NCBI GenBank assembly: GCA_000320545.1
Contig: ADNK01001148.1
Coordinates: forward strand, 1 to 64,000
DNA from: Bigelowiella natans CCMP2755
Lineage: Eukaryota > Protista > Cercozoa
Direction of reading: 5' to 3'
DNA: 64,000 bases
Positions 26,946 to 40,900 of this stretch are shown here, piece by piece. A model generated the notes under the pieces. The model did no database searches and was not told the origin of the DNA. It saw only the letters and a list, made by a program, of their open reading frames with translations. The position numbers and the translations under genes were made by a program. Numbering within the stretch: the first letter of the stretch is position 1; each line of letters opens with the position of its first letter.

Positions 26946-27805
26946 CTAATCTCGCTGCTTCTTCTTCGATACCCTTAGGAGTCCGATGTGCACCGATTTG
27001 GGAGGTGGGTTCATTTCCTTGTACGCCTCTAAATCAAAGTGGAAACTGCCAGGTGTGGTGGGTGGGAACGCATAGCAAATGCCAGAATTAATTGATATTT
27101 GGCATCATCAGAGGCACGTGGTGAATGTGAAGCAGCCCAATCTCGCAGCAGCGACCAACAAATATTCAGGGAAAATGGGAGAATGTGTTTCAACAATTGC
27201 ATAACAAATGGCGTTCTCTTCTACGATGTCCCCCCCCCCCCCCCCCCCACACACACAGACTCTACCCTTTCCAAAGGAGTGAATCTAATGATTGAACACT
27301 TCCCGGATCATCGTTGGAACCGTTACGGCTGTCGCTTTGCATTTCTGCTTCTCCTTTTTCTTCTTCCTCTTCTATTTCTTCTTCTTCTTCTTTTAGTTTA
27401 TCGTCTTTCTCTTTTAGCTCAACGTCTTCCTCTTCCACTCCTTTATGCCTTCTCGTAGATTTTGTACTGTAAATGCGATTTTTATACACATCCTGGCCAA
27501 AAACCCAAAAAGACAATGTCAGCCCACACAGATGCATGCTCGTGCGCGGTCGGAAATACACATGACAGCAGGTGCGGTGAAAAATTAACGGACGTATATC
27601 TATACTTCGTAATTCGTTCCCAGAGATCACTTGATAAATGTGCGTGCTAATGTGAAATCAAGGCTATTGTTTCTTCCGACGGGGTATTGTGGTAAGAGAA
27701 AGAAGCATGTTGTTGGTTGTCATGCTATGTATTTGCTTTTATAATGCTACAACCTGGACCCTATTTATCGTTATGACAGATGCAACAGCCTGCAATATGT
27801 ACATA

Positions 27806-27836
<31 letters not shown>

Positions 27837-28016
27837 AATGTCTGATCTAATGTACAAATGAGTTGGTATGCGTGTGTATTTTGATAGATCAAATGAATAG
27901 CCAGTATTCTTCTTGGTAATGGTTGCTCGATTTACCAGAGCTGGGCAGGCTGAAAAAGGTCTTTTGGAATCTAATCTGCAGTAATCAAAGATCATTTGTT
28001 ATATGTTTGAATAAAC

Positions 28017-28063
<47 letters not shown>

Positions 28064-28121
28064 TCTCGCTCTATTTATATCTTTCCTTGTGCTCTATATA
28101 TTACATTTAGAGAAAAATTGA

Positions 28122-28164
<43 letters not shown>

Positions 28165-28807
28165 TTAAAATTTCGATACGAAGAACAGTTTTACCCTAAC
28201 TGAACAACTGCCTTATTCCCATTGACCTACACAGCATATGCAATCATTTCCCCCTTATGAGCATAGGAAAATACACACAAAACGTAACCATTCTCTGAAC
28301 AAAATAATATGAAGAACATACCGCCATTTGATGACAATAATACCAACGCAAATCTACTGCAATCGCGTAGCTCTATAACAACGCACTTCTAAGTGATTTG
28401 GATGGTCAAATGCCAGCCTATTTGCCCCATCCGTTTGGCCTTCCACAGCACATTCTTTAAGTCTTTTCAATATTGCCATGGCGTCGTTGCCTATTGTCGG
28501 GTATTATCAGGAACGTAAATTGTGTATATGCTATTCCCTTCCCCCCCCAAACACACTTAAGTGCACACACTAACACATACACAACACAGTAAGAGGAGGA
28601 AGATAGAGAGGCCCTTATATCCCCCCTTACCTCGATATACGCCGCCGCATAAGTTCCAGGGGTAGTTCCTGTTAGTAATTCGTTTGAAAAAAAAATCCGC
28701 AGCTTTGATGGATTGAACGAGGAGGGGAGGGGTTACGTTTGAAGTAGAAGATTGAGTCTATGTTTTCATGTCCTGCTACATTATCACATGCCATGTAGTC
28801 CATAAAC

Positions 28808-28850
<43 letters not shown>

Positions 28851-28987
28851 TATAAAAGTTATATCATTAATTGTCACTGCTCGGTAAGAAAATGAAAGGT
28901 GAGAAAGCTACCAATCTTCGCTTCCAAGGCATCTCCGAAACACCACAGACGATGGAAGCAGGCCCTAGAACAGCATCAATTTGCAGG

Positions 28988-29037
<50 letters not shown>

Positions 29038-29190
29038 GAACTATTCATCGCTTCATGCTAGTCATAGGAGAGCACGAGCAATGAGCCCTTTTCTCACGAC
29101 GATTTCTATTTATCACTGAAAGTAATGTGGTTGTGTGCCTCTACCGTCTTCGGACAGTGTTGTTGATCCTCGGTCTTTGTGCTCATCATT

Positions 29191-29226
<36 letters not shown>

Positions 29227-29395
29227 GCCTCCGGAGACGAATTAGACTTTGGTTCAACGTTCCAGGCGCGCTACATGACGGGAGGGGAGGCGGTGTAGAT
29301 GAGGGGAAGCGAGGGAGGAACTATTCAAGAAAACGAAGGAGGACTTTGCGCGTGCGTTGTCGTAGGAAAAGTATATGTGAATGAGAAAGCTTGTA

Positions 29396-29438
<43 letters not shown>

Positions 29439-29563
29439 CTTATTGACTCACAAGATCAGAGGGCGCTATTGCAGGTTTATCACTTGGGTGGCAGTAGGTA
29501 ATTCCAGGATGCAAGTTGAGCTGATATGCTAGGACCTGTGCATCATACATACCACCAACATTT

Positions 29564-29595
<32 letters not shown>

Positions 29596-29957
29596 TGCAC
29601 ACACATGCACACATATGCACACACATGCACATCAACTCCCTCCCACATTCCAAATGAGATATCATCGCATAAACCATCCTGAGCAAGCGCTATGTGCATC
29701 AGGTACACCACCTCGGGATTCCTCATAATAGCCTTGATGTCCTCGAAGGAGAACGGGCGATAAAATAACTGAGGATCGAACGACGAAGGGCATCCTCAAA
29801 TTTCAGATAGATAAAGGCTTGATCACGATAACAAATACTAGGAAGAATGGAGCTCAACAATGTCGTGACATGGCAAACAACACAGAGTGAAAGGCGGTGA
29901 TGATGGCTGCTAGATACCGGCAATACGAATGCACATGCGGAGACGAAGAACAACACA

Positions 29958-29994
<37 letters not shown>

Positions 29995-30594
29995 AGAGAG
30001 AGATATGGAATAGTGTCCTAGGCTATGTAACTGACCATATCGTCCACCAAAAAGCAGATCAAATCGTTTGAATGGGTTTGAACCTGTGACAATAATTTTA
30101 TGTACTAATAATGTTAATTTAAATATACGGAAAACATATCGAAGAAGCTCAATCTCACCACTTCGTGGAGATTCTTTGCGAAATCGCCTTTCCCTGACGA
30201 TACAATCATGATATGTAAATACGTATAGGCTCATATAATAGATGCTACTACACGTGTTGGCATTACTTTGGTCGTAGAGGAACTTTGTCTCTGAATACAT
30301 TTCCTAGGCATAAAATAACTGATGTGAGTGGCAGAGGAAGAGAAGGGGGGGTGAGGGAACAAGAGAAGGGGTACCTGAACTTTATCATATGACTTCACAA
30401 ACCTACCAATCCAACACAAAACGCAGGATGAATCAATATTGAATAAGGCCATAGGAACATAGGTTGCAGCAACGCTAATCGTTGTTCTGATGTGGTGAAT
30501 ACCGCTCTCCGGGGTGACAAAGAACGTATATCTGAGAACATAACATCTAGAGTTATCATCTAAAAATGAAGAATAATGCGTAAAGTGCGAAAGT

Positions 30595-30642
<48 letters not shown>

Positions 30643-31350
30643 AATTCAGAGATTGAAAAAGAGGAAGTGGCCGACCTTTTTAAATTTTCCACATGTGCTA
30701 TTCTTTAGGATGCTTCGAAGGCACTCCTGAAACATTATTTTCACAACCCAACTGGAAAAAATTGTTTGCTCGATGTAGAAATCAAGCTTGGAAGAAAACA
30801 TCGACGAATGTAGCTTAGTGGGGGCGGATGAGGCACCTGCAGTTGAAACGCCCTGTCTTTCGTCATAACCACCGCAATAACATCGGTGTCATCAGATGTT
30901 GTTTCAGCTTTAGATTTCTCATTCCCCTCGCCTCGAAGAATATAAACGCAAGGATTACAGTGAATCGGCCATATCGAATTGAGGAAGCTATTGTTCGAGT
31001 GTGCTCATACGTCTGTTAATCTGCATTCTGCTGCACTAATCGCCTTCATGCTTCGATACCATGGGCTTCAGGGGCAGATTTTTTACTTTTCGCCTCGTCG
31101 TCCCCCTCATTTGAATCCGGATTTTGCTTCTCCTCCAGAGCCTTGCCGAGAATTTTCAGCTTCTGCAATGGAAATCGTAACATTCATATCACTTTAGGTC
31201 TCCAAAAACCCCACTCTACCGCGGAATATTCGAAACCTCTTCGTTAACAACAACGTGGTTGGAAAGTATACGAGGTTTTCCACAAGATATATATGAGCGC
31301 CGCGAGCCATTCCCAAACTTACAGACCAGATGCAGGGGGAGGGAATCCAT
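26946..31350 (-). CDS. Uncharacterised GT-A/GT2-like protein of the 'SKDRxxQL' type (multi-exon)
   Basis: Exons VIAVVMTKDRAFQLQ|ECLRSIL, LAYQLNLHPGITYCHP, LAFDHPNHLE, QDVYKNRIY and last exon FDLEAYKEMNPPPKSVHIG...* resemble a family I recall from bacteria, protists and large DNA viruses. Assignment is from memory, not a search. Confidence 0.55.
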
Positions 31351-31524
31351 CCTCGGCAGGCTCCCTTTTGAGAAGGAAGAACCGGTCAAAAAAATTACGA
31401 TGTATCGACGATAAAAACTATTAGCTACAGTTTCTGTGCAAAAGAGATTCATTACACTAAAAAGACAAGGAAAATTTCATGTCGAAGGAGGTAAATTCGA
31501 GGCTGTTCGAACTGAGAAAAAGTA

Positions 31525-31606
31525 TACCACCGGCAAGGTTCGAACTTGCGCCTCCGAAGAGACTAGAACTTGAGTCTAGCGTGTTAGACCACTCCACCAC
31601 GGTGGC
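31525..31606 (-). tRNA. tRNA-Leu (anticodon CAA), intronless
   Basis: Reverse complement GCCACCG TGGTGGAGTGGTCTAACACG CTAGA-CTCAAGT-TCTAG TCTCTTCGGAGG CGCAAGTTCGAACCTTGC CGGTGGTA forms a cloverleaf with a long variable arm and TTCGA loop. A T5 Pol III terminator follows 3 nt downstream. Confidence 0.97.
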
Positions 31607-31872
31607 AAGTGGTTTCATGTTCGGCTATGTAAATTCAAATTTACTCACATTGTCGCATATTTTCCATATATTATGATGAGTGTATCCTTTTCATACCCTC
31701 CTGGATTGCGGGGAAAGAGGATGCGACATGAAAAAATAGCATAATTCTGAGTAGAATGTAGGACAAAATCGTGAAATTGGAGTCCGAGAATCCTCTAGAT
31801 GTTCTGAACTTATTCGTGGGAAAAACCAAGCAGCTGTGCAACTCCAACGATCTCGTACTACCATCGGAAGAG

Positions 31873-34805
31873 ATGAGCACCCACTCGACAATGGTGCTGC
31901 CGCTGCCGCCGCAACTCATAATCTTCGCGCTTGCAGCCTTTGCCGCCGCACATACTCTTGGGTTCCTACCGAAGTCTCTGTCGCCCAAAGGTTTGGTTCT
32001 CAGAGGAGCGAGAGGAGACCCGCATTCTTTGCCGAAATGCAGCCTACGTGTTCGCCACTCCTCGTGCATGATTATCGAAGACCCTTATTGTTGCTATTTT
32101 CTCAGCTCTTGTGCTTGCGCTGCTTACGGTTTATAAAGCGTTCCATCGCTTCCAACTTCGCATGCGCGGCATTACAGAAGACGATGTTGCGTATAGACGC
32201 GTCGTTACGGGTCAATCTTGGGAAGAATTTTGCGATACGCTCAAAGCAGCAGGCACAGCGGTAGTTTTCCCTCTAGTTTTTCCCTCTGTGGGAATCCCTC
32301 ATTCCTACTTCTCTTTCAACTTTTCCTGCCGTTGGTTTTTATTCAACTACAGCCTTTCCCCTATCTGAAAGAAACCTCAGACGACTAAGATGAAATTCAC
32401 GTATAGGCCCACTTCGATTAACACGCATGTTGTCTCCCTCTACCGACAGGTAATCGGACACAACTCGCCTAAAGACCCGCTGAATCAGGCTGAAGTAATG
32501 CCTTCGGTTGTGACAAACGCATGACATCCTCAACACAGTGTGGACCACATTAGGGATATCGATATCTGGCCCGCTTGACTCGGGTGGCGTTGGAGAACTT
32601 CCTTGAATGTGCGGATCCTCTCTCTCCGCAACTCGTAGCGCTGGCAAATGGAAATCGTAAAATCCGAACTGCAATTTCCCCGCCATTCCCCCGTTTGATT
32701 TCGCACCTCTCGCAGTCGTTTGAGAGCGATATTCCAGAGCCCGTTTTGTAACAACAGCAACATGCGTTTAACAATGCAGGGCAGTGTCGGGTGTGCATTG
32801 GCTCTGACAATCCTGATAATCTATATCAAGTAATAACACGTGGGGGGGGGGGGGGGGGGGGGGGTACACTGATGAGATGTGTGAGTGCTGCCAATGACTG
32901 CCTGTCGTTGAAATCATCCTTCCGTCTACATAACCTTTCTTAATTCGTCGTCGTCATAACAACCACCACCATCGTAGCTATCAGCAAGTTATTGATGTCT
33001 GGTATTGTCATGGAAGCATAGCGAAGATGATAGCGCGATCTTATCATTATTATTATTATAATTATTATAATTATTATTATTATTATTATTGCTCTGACAG
33101 AACGCCGTGATTGATTCAAGAAGGACATATCGTGTGCGTGGCAGTAGAGGCACTGTCAACTACTTGGGCTTTGGAGTTCAGGTAGTAGTAATAGTAGTAG
33201 TAGCGACGTTACTAATAACGCATTTGCTTGTCTCCTCAACTTCCATCAGTTGTAGTTGGCATTAGTCGTTGTCATGGCCATTCATTGTTATCCCCGTTGT
33301 TGGTGCTGTCTCCCCTCCTTTCTTGTTCTCTTCGTTCTTCTTCTCGTGGATTTACAATCGCACAAAAACAGAGTGGGTCTTACGGTGCTCCGGGAGGGCT
33401 GAGGACAGTCGATTACAAAGAAGCGAGTGAGTTGAAGATGCAGCCTCATGCAAAAGGCAAGGACGCTGGTAATGCTGCTAGTGGTAAGATTTTGTGTGAT
33501 GAGATATGGATGGCCATTATGGCGGAATCATTCGATTCTTGTCTATATAATGATCCTCAGCAAGATCTTAATCATCATTATCATCATCATCATTATCATC
33601 ATCATCGTCGTCATCGTCGTCGTCGTCATCAACGACTCCACCACCATTATATATCACCCCAGCTCTTGCTTTTATACTCAGGCTCATCTCCATCTTCATC
33701 ATTATCGTCATCATCATCATCATCCTCCTCATCACCAACCATTGAGATCTACATCGTCCCTGAGGGAGAACACCCTCCTCCAGGCATTCCAACCACTAAT
33801 ATACTTCGTTCGAGGCCCCAGCTCAGCGAGGAAGGGCTTTTCATAGTAAGCAGCAGCACTCTGATAGAGCCAATGCATGAATAGCGTATTTCTTGGTAGT
33901 TTTTATGTATTGAAGGTCAGTTGTTGTCATAACACGATGACAACAACGACAAGAAGATTGGCAGAAAGGAGAGAACTCTCTACCAACACAATCATCATCA
34001 CCACCACCACCACCATACCATTACCATCATCGTCGCCATCGTCACCACCAACGCCGCCGTGATTCATTACAGGTGAGACAGACATTTGCTCGTCGATCGA
34101 AGGAGCTTCCCGCGGAATTATCCATTGAAGTAGTGTCTCCCAAGGGCGATACCGCGTCGTCGCCACCGCGAGCATCGCCATCACTATCACCATCAAATCG
34201 TGCACGGGAGAGGAAAGTGCCAGCAGCTGAGAAAGAAGCAGACTCCGGACTAGTCCCCATTCGAAAATTCACTCCAAAGGGTTGTCTTTGCCAGTAGTAG
34301 CAGCAGCAAGAGGAGGAGGAGGAGGAGGAGGAGGAGGACAAATGTTTTCCTTCATCATTTTCTTATTATTATTATTCATCTTGTTGTTGTTGTTGTTGTT
34401 GTTGTTGTTGCTTGTGGCGTGTGGTACACACAGCTTTAGACGCAGGCCTATCAAAGGCTGGCCTTCTCGTCGCCGGGGCGTCCAACATGTTCTCGAGATG
34501 GGCTTCGGGATTTAAGTCTAACCACGTCAACAAACTGCCGCTGTTTGACCAGAAAACATCTGACAGCGTCGGTGGAGATCCGAATATCCGCTACTACCAC
34601 AGCTACTGGGAGATTGGTGAAGATGAGGTATGCTTACACACACACACACACACACACATACACATACACGCAGAAAGAGAGAGAGAGGGAAAGTGAGAGA
34701 GCGAGAGAGTATTCGTAGCTAGGAAGAGAGAATACGGATAGCTACAATTGTCTCGGAATACAAAACATATCCACAGATCTATATTTAGATGATCTCTCTC
34801 CGCCC

Positions 34806-34839
<34 letters not shown>

Positions 34840-35953
34840 GCTGCAGGCGCTCGTCATCGATGCCAAGCCTCCTAAATGCCAAACGTGGAACTTCCAGGTA
34901 GGAAGAGGAAGAAGGGGAGGAGGAGGAGGAGGAGGGGGAGGGGGGGGGGGGGGGGGATGAGAATATATTATTAGATATATAAGGTTGTCGCACGTATAAT
35001 GATAAGATTGAGATGGGTCGGCGTCTATAGCGCGTGTGCATGTTATTGAGTATATTCATCGTACCAAATCACAACCCAGTTGAAAGAATTGAGTGGAAAC
35101 ATGTACGCATTGATTGACACATCATCGTTGCTTCCCTCCACCTCTTCTGGCTCTTCTTCTTCATCTTCATCTTCATCATCTAATCGCCGTGACTCTGCAG
35201 CTCAATAACCATTGGATGGAGTCGCTGGATTATCGATTTCACAACATCCACACCAACAAGTTTCTTGCAAGGTCCTAGAGGTGTGTGTGTGTGTGTTTTA
35301 TGTAATCCCATTGCGAAGTAAACGTTGCCATCGTCCTCACCATTATCATCACATCGTAGGTATCGTAAGGACGGATCTGTAAGAGTCATTGTTTCACACA
35401 GGTAGGCCTCGATTCTGGTCCTGCTGATAGCGGTGTGAAATCGCTCCCGTACTCATGTGGCCCACGCATGTATGCTCTGCAAATGTCAAAGCGGGGTGAT
35501 ATTCTCCGCGACTTGAGTGAGGGGTGATTCTGGTGCGCGTCGTGCCACTGTCGTATCTGTCGTCATCATTTGTAAATGCAGAAGGCCGCAAGGTTCGTCT
35601 TCTTCTTCGCGTTCTCCTTCTTCCGGTGACTTAGAGGAGGGTTTCAATTGGCTATCGACTGTCGGTCACCATTGTGGGACTATGTGCTGGAGATGGGTAA
35701 GTAGTCTAGCCATATGTGAAGAGGATCATTCCTCTTTGCCTCTTACTGCCGCGAGTACGAGGAGTAGTAGTAGTTGTGGTTTCAGCCTTGATGGTGTTGT
35801 TTTGAGAGCTTCCAACAGAGTCATGAATAGCCACTTTGGTAATAACATAACAACTGTTTTTTTTCCAAGGTGAAGCCAGAGGTGCCTGATGCTGCTCTTC
35901 CCCATCCCACTGCGAAGTTGGTTCGATTCTCTCAGTTGGCGGTGATGGAGTGA
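31873..35953 (+). CDS. Bacterial-type DUF1214-domain protein with an N-terminal hydrophobic segment (multi-exon)
   Basis: Exons GQSWEEFCDTLKAAG, AE|GYRYLARL, IGSDNPDNLYQ, YRVRGSRGTVNYLGF, VRQTF, GGDPNIRYYHSYWEIGEDE|ALVIDAKPPKCQTWNFQ|LNNHWMESLDYR, DGSVRVIVSH and NWLSTVGHHCGTMCWRW are the motifs of the actinobacterial/proteobacterial DUF1214 family. Confidence 0.85.
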
Positions 35954-36035
35954 TAAGTAATGACACTTCGACTATTATAGCCATATTTGCATCGTATGTC
36001 TGCTTAGAAGAACATACGATATTGAGCACTGCTAA

Positions 36036-36078
<43 letters not shown>

Positions 36079-36209
36079 TTATGTATTTATATATATGCGA
36101 GATGGATGTAGTGATGTGATTAAATATTTTCAACAGTCATCCTAATGCAGCTATGTAAAGCCGCGGCTCAGCGCCTATATTGTAGTTGTTTGTTTTCTGC
36201 TGTTTTACG

Positions 36210-39200
36210 TGCTTCAAAATGCAAAGGCATCTATGCTAGCATCTTCCATCACCTCACAACAAGATAGATTCTTGTTCATTGAACATGGTGCCGTGGATGA
36301 TCACAAGTCATGTTGGATTTCGTCGATCATGCTCATCCACAGTGAATCCGATGATGCTCATTCATGGATGTAGCGCTGTCGTTGATGAAGCATCTGCCGA
36401 CTACCATCTGGATTTTTAGATTGTTTTTGTGCTCAACAAGTGGTTCATTTTGATTGTATGATGGCTCGTCAGCCATTCATGATCATGGCCGTGAAAATTT
36501 GAAATTGAAATGCAAAATTCATTGCAAAATCAGTTGCACAACCAGCTAGCCAGGTCGAACCTGCAACGAATTTTGTGTTTGAGCAGGCGCGCAAGCTTTT
36601 GAAGGCGATTCACATTTGAAGCTTCGACGTGCAGTGAGAAAGTGAGCATGTGTGTTCGCGCACGAACAAGCGGGGATTTTTCGTGCACATGTGTGGTCGT
36701 CAGTGCATGCGCGCACGCAGGATCACATGCGCTTGCACATTCAAAATGCCGCTGTGGCGCTGCACATTGCGTGTAACTCTCATCAAACTTCGCTCTTGCT
36801 AGCTAACGCTGCATTTTCGGCAGCAACAGCATTTTTGGCCAGGGACACGTTGTTGGTCGTTTTTTGCGGCCAAAATTTGGATTTTGACGCTCGGCCAAGC
36901 TAGCCAAGTTGCAGATGCGTTCTGTGATCACGTTGATCAATCCGAAGCGCTGCGCGCACGCGTGCAACTCACCTTCTGCTCTGCAGCCAACGCAACGTTG
37001 CCGGGTTTGACCTGCTAGCTTGGTCGTTGCATGGATGCAAAGCTAGAAAGTGCATTTTGAAGCTGCTTGCTGCAAACCAGCATGGTGTTAGCTGCACAAC
37101 TCGCTCAGAAGCACAACATTGAATCGTGACAATGCATGCAAGTGAATCGCGCAAATCGGAGATCAAGATGGTTGGGTTCATGTTTCCACAGTTTTCACGT
37201 GAACATGAATGAAAGCAACAGCAATGAAATCGGATTTCCAGCATGATTTGATGACAATTTGATCCAGGATGCGTGAGCTACCGCTGACACATTGCATGCC
37301 AGCATGCACAAAAAAATTTCCGTTTTCAAGCTGCGGTGCATGATGACGTGATTGATCACCGTGGAATTGCGGACAACTTGATCACACCACCTCATCGGCA
37401 CATCACGCTCGTCATGAATGTGCATGTTGTGCAAATGGAGCAAAAAGTTCACATGTGCGCATGTGTGCAAGGGTTCATCAGCTTGCATTGCACAAATCAC
37501 CGAGCCACGCTCTTCAAACATCAATCTGCGATCGAAAGGACAGCAAACAATGAAACCCAATTTGCCAAAACCGTGATCAATCTGGATTTTCATCATCAAC
37601 AACTTCCGCACATGTTTGGGGAGCGGACGGATCCTCTTTGCTTCCAAATCCGAGTGTGTTCGACATGACTCGTTTTGCAGTGAACATTCGCGCCTTCTCA
37701 CTCTGATCTTTTGTCCCTGCTGTCACAGCACTTCCTGCTCCATGATCTTTTGCCTCTGTTTGCACAACACTTTCTGTCACAACAGGAGTTCCGTTGCCGT
37801 TTGCCGGTGGATCACTTGCAGCAGACCACCAGCAAAAGCAGCAAGGGCACTGATCCTCGCAATGAGTGTCTCTTTCGGATTCATCACAAATCCAGCAGCA
37901 GCACCAGAGCCACCCGCAGAACTCGTCGCTGCAGCAGCAACAATCGCCACAATCAATGACATCACTGAAGAAGAGGGAAAACGAAAGCATGGTCATGACG
38001 AGAGAAATGCAGAGGATGGAGATGCCCCATTCTTCGAACACCCATCATTGACGCGACAACTCATCCAAGCACGCAGTTTGATTGGAGCTGGGGGTGCTCC
38101 TGGGAAAAATGGGGCCTGGCTCCCCTCTTTGCATGGAAAGAAGCAGCTGCAATGCGCTGTTCCTCCTTCTTGTTCTTCTCATGTTTTCCGCCGAATGGTG
38201 GGAGTTCATTTGGATCATTTGAATTCCATGAATTGAGGCTTGCAAATGCAGGCGTAGCAGCAGCACCATGAATCACGCATTGGATGATGATGTTGCACGA
38301 CGTTCCTTCATGCTGATCCATTGCATCCATCAGGTGGCTACATCGACGGAAACAGAATGTCACATTGCCTCCAAAAAAGGCAACAATTTGAAGAAGGTTC
38401 TCTCAAGATCGCGCTTCCCTCTCGGTCGTCATCAGTCGGTTTGTGTCGTCGTCATTGCGCGATCCAGTCCAGCAGTGTGGCAGCAAATCAGCTTTCGCTG
38501 TCATTCAAATTTCTCTGCAATTTCGCATTCTGGCATCGCAGCGCGTGCCAGCACATGCTGGCGTGACTGGAATGCTGGAATGCACTGACGGAAAGCATGA
38601 TGCACGCGCTCAGTTTGTCAGCTGCAACGTGGATGTCTTGATGAGCTTTCAGTGGCTTCGCTTGCTAGCGTCTAGAGCGTGCTCTCTCTGGCTCTCTGAA
38701 TCAGCTGTTGACAGGGAGATGCTTTCCAACTGTTGCTTGGAACGGTCGGTCTTGCTTTTCAATGAATCTGAATGTGTGGAATGTTCCATGCACTCTTTTT
38801 TTCTGTCTTTGCTCTTTCCAGTGTCAATGACAATGCACTGGTGGGACATTGCATGGAGCCTGTCTCGAACAACAACCACGCCGTCCAACTAGATGCTGAG
38901 AAATGACGCGGATGATGAGGCCATGTCTGTGCGTCCATCGCGAGCTTCCAGAGCGTGACAATCTGTCGTGTGGTCGGTCGCGGTCTCGCGGGACGGGCAG
39001 ACGGTCGTTTCGGGGTCAGTGGACAAGACCATCAGAGTGTGGGACATCAAATCCCCAGGGGGGGGAACATGCACCAAGACGCTCACGGGGCATTCAAGTC
39101 ATGTGTGCTCGGTCGCGATCTCGCGGGACGGGCAGACGGTCGTTTCGGGTTCGGGTGACAACACCATCAAAGTGTGGGATGTCTCCTCAGAATCATGCAC

Positions 39201-40900
39201 CAAGACGCTCACAGGGCATTCCAATGATGTGAGATCGGTCGCGGTCTGCCGGGACGGGCAGACGGTCGTTTCGGGGTCGGATGACAAGACCATCAAAGTG
39301 TGGGATCTTGCCAAAGGAACATGCACCAAGACGCTCACGGGGCATTCTCATCGTGTGCACTCGGTCGCGGTCTCGAGGGACGGGCAGACGGTTGTTTCGG
39401 GGTCGTGGGACAAGACCATCAAAGTGTGGGACCTTGCCTCAGGAACGTGCACCAAGACGCTCACGGGGCATTCTCGCAATGTGTCATCGGTCGCGGTCTC
39501 GCGGGACGGGCAGACGGTCGTTTCGGGGTCAGGGGACAAGACCATCAAAGTGTGGGATGTCAAGTCCCCAGGTGGGGGAACGTGCACCAAGACGATCACG
39601 GGGCATTCTGGTGAGGTGTGCTCGGTCGCGGTCTCGCGGGACGGGCAGACGGTCGTTTCGGGGTCGAATGACAAGACCATCAAAGTGTGGGATGTCTCCA
39701 CAGGAACGTGCACCAAGACGCTCACGGGGCATTCTCAGGGCATGGGCTCGGTCGCGGTCTCGCGGGACGGGCAGACGGTCGTTTCGGGGTCGGATGACAA
39801 CACCGTCAGAGTGTGGCGGCGGCAAAAGCGCCGGCCCACAGCGGCCAACGGCGGCGGCTGATGGTGGCTGATGACGACGGCCAACAGCGGCTGACGGCTG
39901 GCTAGTTGTGATGTCATGATTGCGAGGCGTTGACCGAGTGAGTAGCTCGCGAGGTTGTGTTGGCGGGTGGGTGGGTGGTCTGCATGGGAGAGAAAGAATT
40001 GGCAAGACGAGGCAAAACTGATGCTTTTGAGAATGCCTCTGCTTCACAGCTTGATGAGACACACTGCATGGCAACCTCACGTTTTTCAACTGTTGACGTT
40101 CATGATGATGCTTTTGATTTGATCAGAATCACAAGTGTTTCTTCATGTTGATCAGCAGAACGCAGCACGAGCACTTGTGGACTGCCGAATGCATGGAGAA
40201 ATGGTTCGCATGCGCGCATTTGCGCATCACCCATGCACAATGCACGCCTCTGACCACGATGTGCAACAACAACAACAAGACAAAAACGGCGAATCATGGA
40301 ATCATGAAATGGGTCACAATTTCATGAATCATGCTTGTGCGCTGGAGCTTTGCATGCAGCATTGTCATTGCATGGTGAACATTGGTGACGCTCTGACACA
40401 CACGTGTTGCATTTCCATCTGCACATCACACATGGTGTTGCGACTGGCACTCTTGAGACAAGCCTGCATGGCTGGCCCAGTTCATGCATGCATGGCACGT
40501 CAGTGCTTGCCAGCTGGCTGGCTAGCCAGAGTGGATGATTGCTACATTGCACATTGCACGCCCATGCTGGACACAGACACACCAAACCATGCTTGTCATG
40601 ATGTGCGGAACCTCAGTTTCAATCGTTTCCTCCCTTTTTTTCTTTTTGATTCTGCAGGATGCTTTGGGAACCGAAGCTTCTTTCTCCAAGCTTCACGGAA
40701 AGTTGAGGTTTTGAGAGCTAGCAGAGAGAGGGAGGGAAAGAAGAGCTTGATGAGAGAGGGAGAGCCAGAACAATGAACAATGAACAATGAAGAAAGCGTT
40801 GATCAAAACTACATGCGCCAGAACCACATGGGAGACAGGCATTTGCACGCAGCAGAGCCAGAGATGAGCCGGATGGCCCATTGAAGTCTGCGAGCAACTT
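36210..40900. other. TpA-depleted, TpG/CpA-enriched tract (hypermutated accessory DNA)
   Basis: By eye, about 25 TA dinucleotides remain, nearly all in CTA or TAG context. Only two others were seen (~36457, ~36774). Stretches of ~1 kb have no TA at all (37281-38254, 38892-39902). Confidence 0.85.
38968..39861 (+). pseudogene. Seven highly similar WD40 repeats, 5'-disrupted
   Basis: 7x VxSVAVSRDGQTVVSGSxDxTIKVWD...TCTKTLTGHS. There is an in-frame TGA at 38956 and no ATG start. No Tyr in 297 aa. Confidence 0.75.

Noticed and set aside
13-36100. Many short ORFs with YIYI, HTHT, LSLS, poly-S or poly-I runs
   Set aside because: These are translations of intronic microsatellites, not proteins.
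37195-38250. LTR-retrotransposon remnant (CWIC..H..C knuckle-like and PQT[C/Y]AEVV motifs on the minus strand)
   Set aside because: The motifs are weak and Cys/His are inflated by the TA depletion. No RT, integrase or LTR is recognisable, so it was left unassigned.
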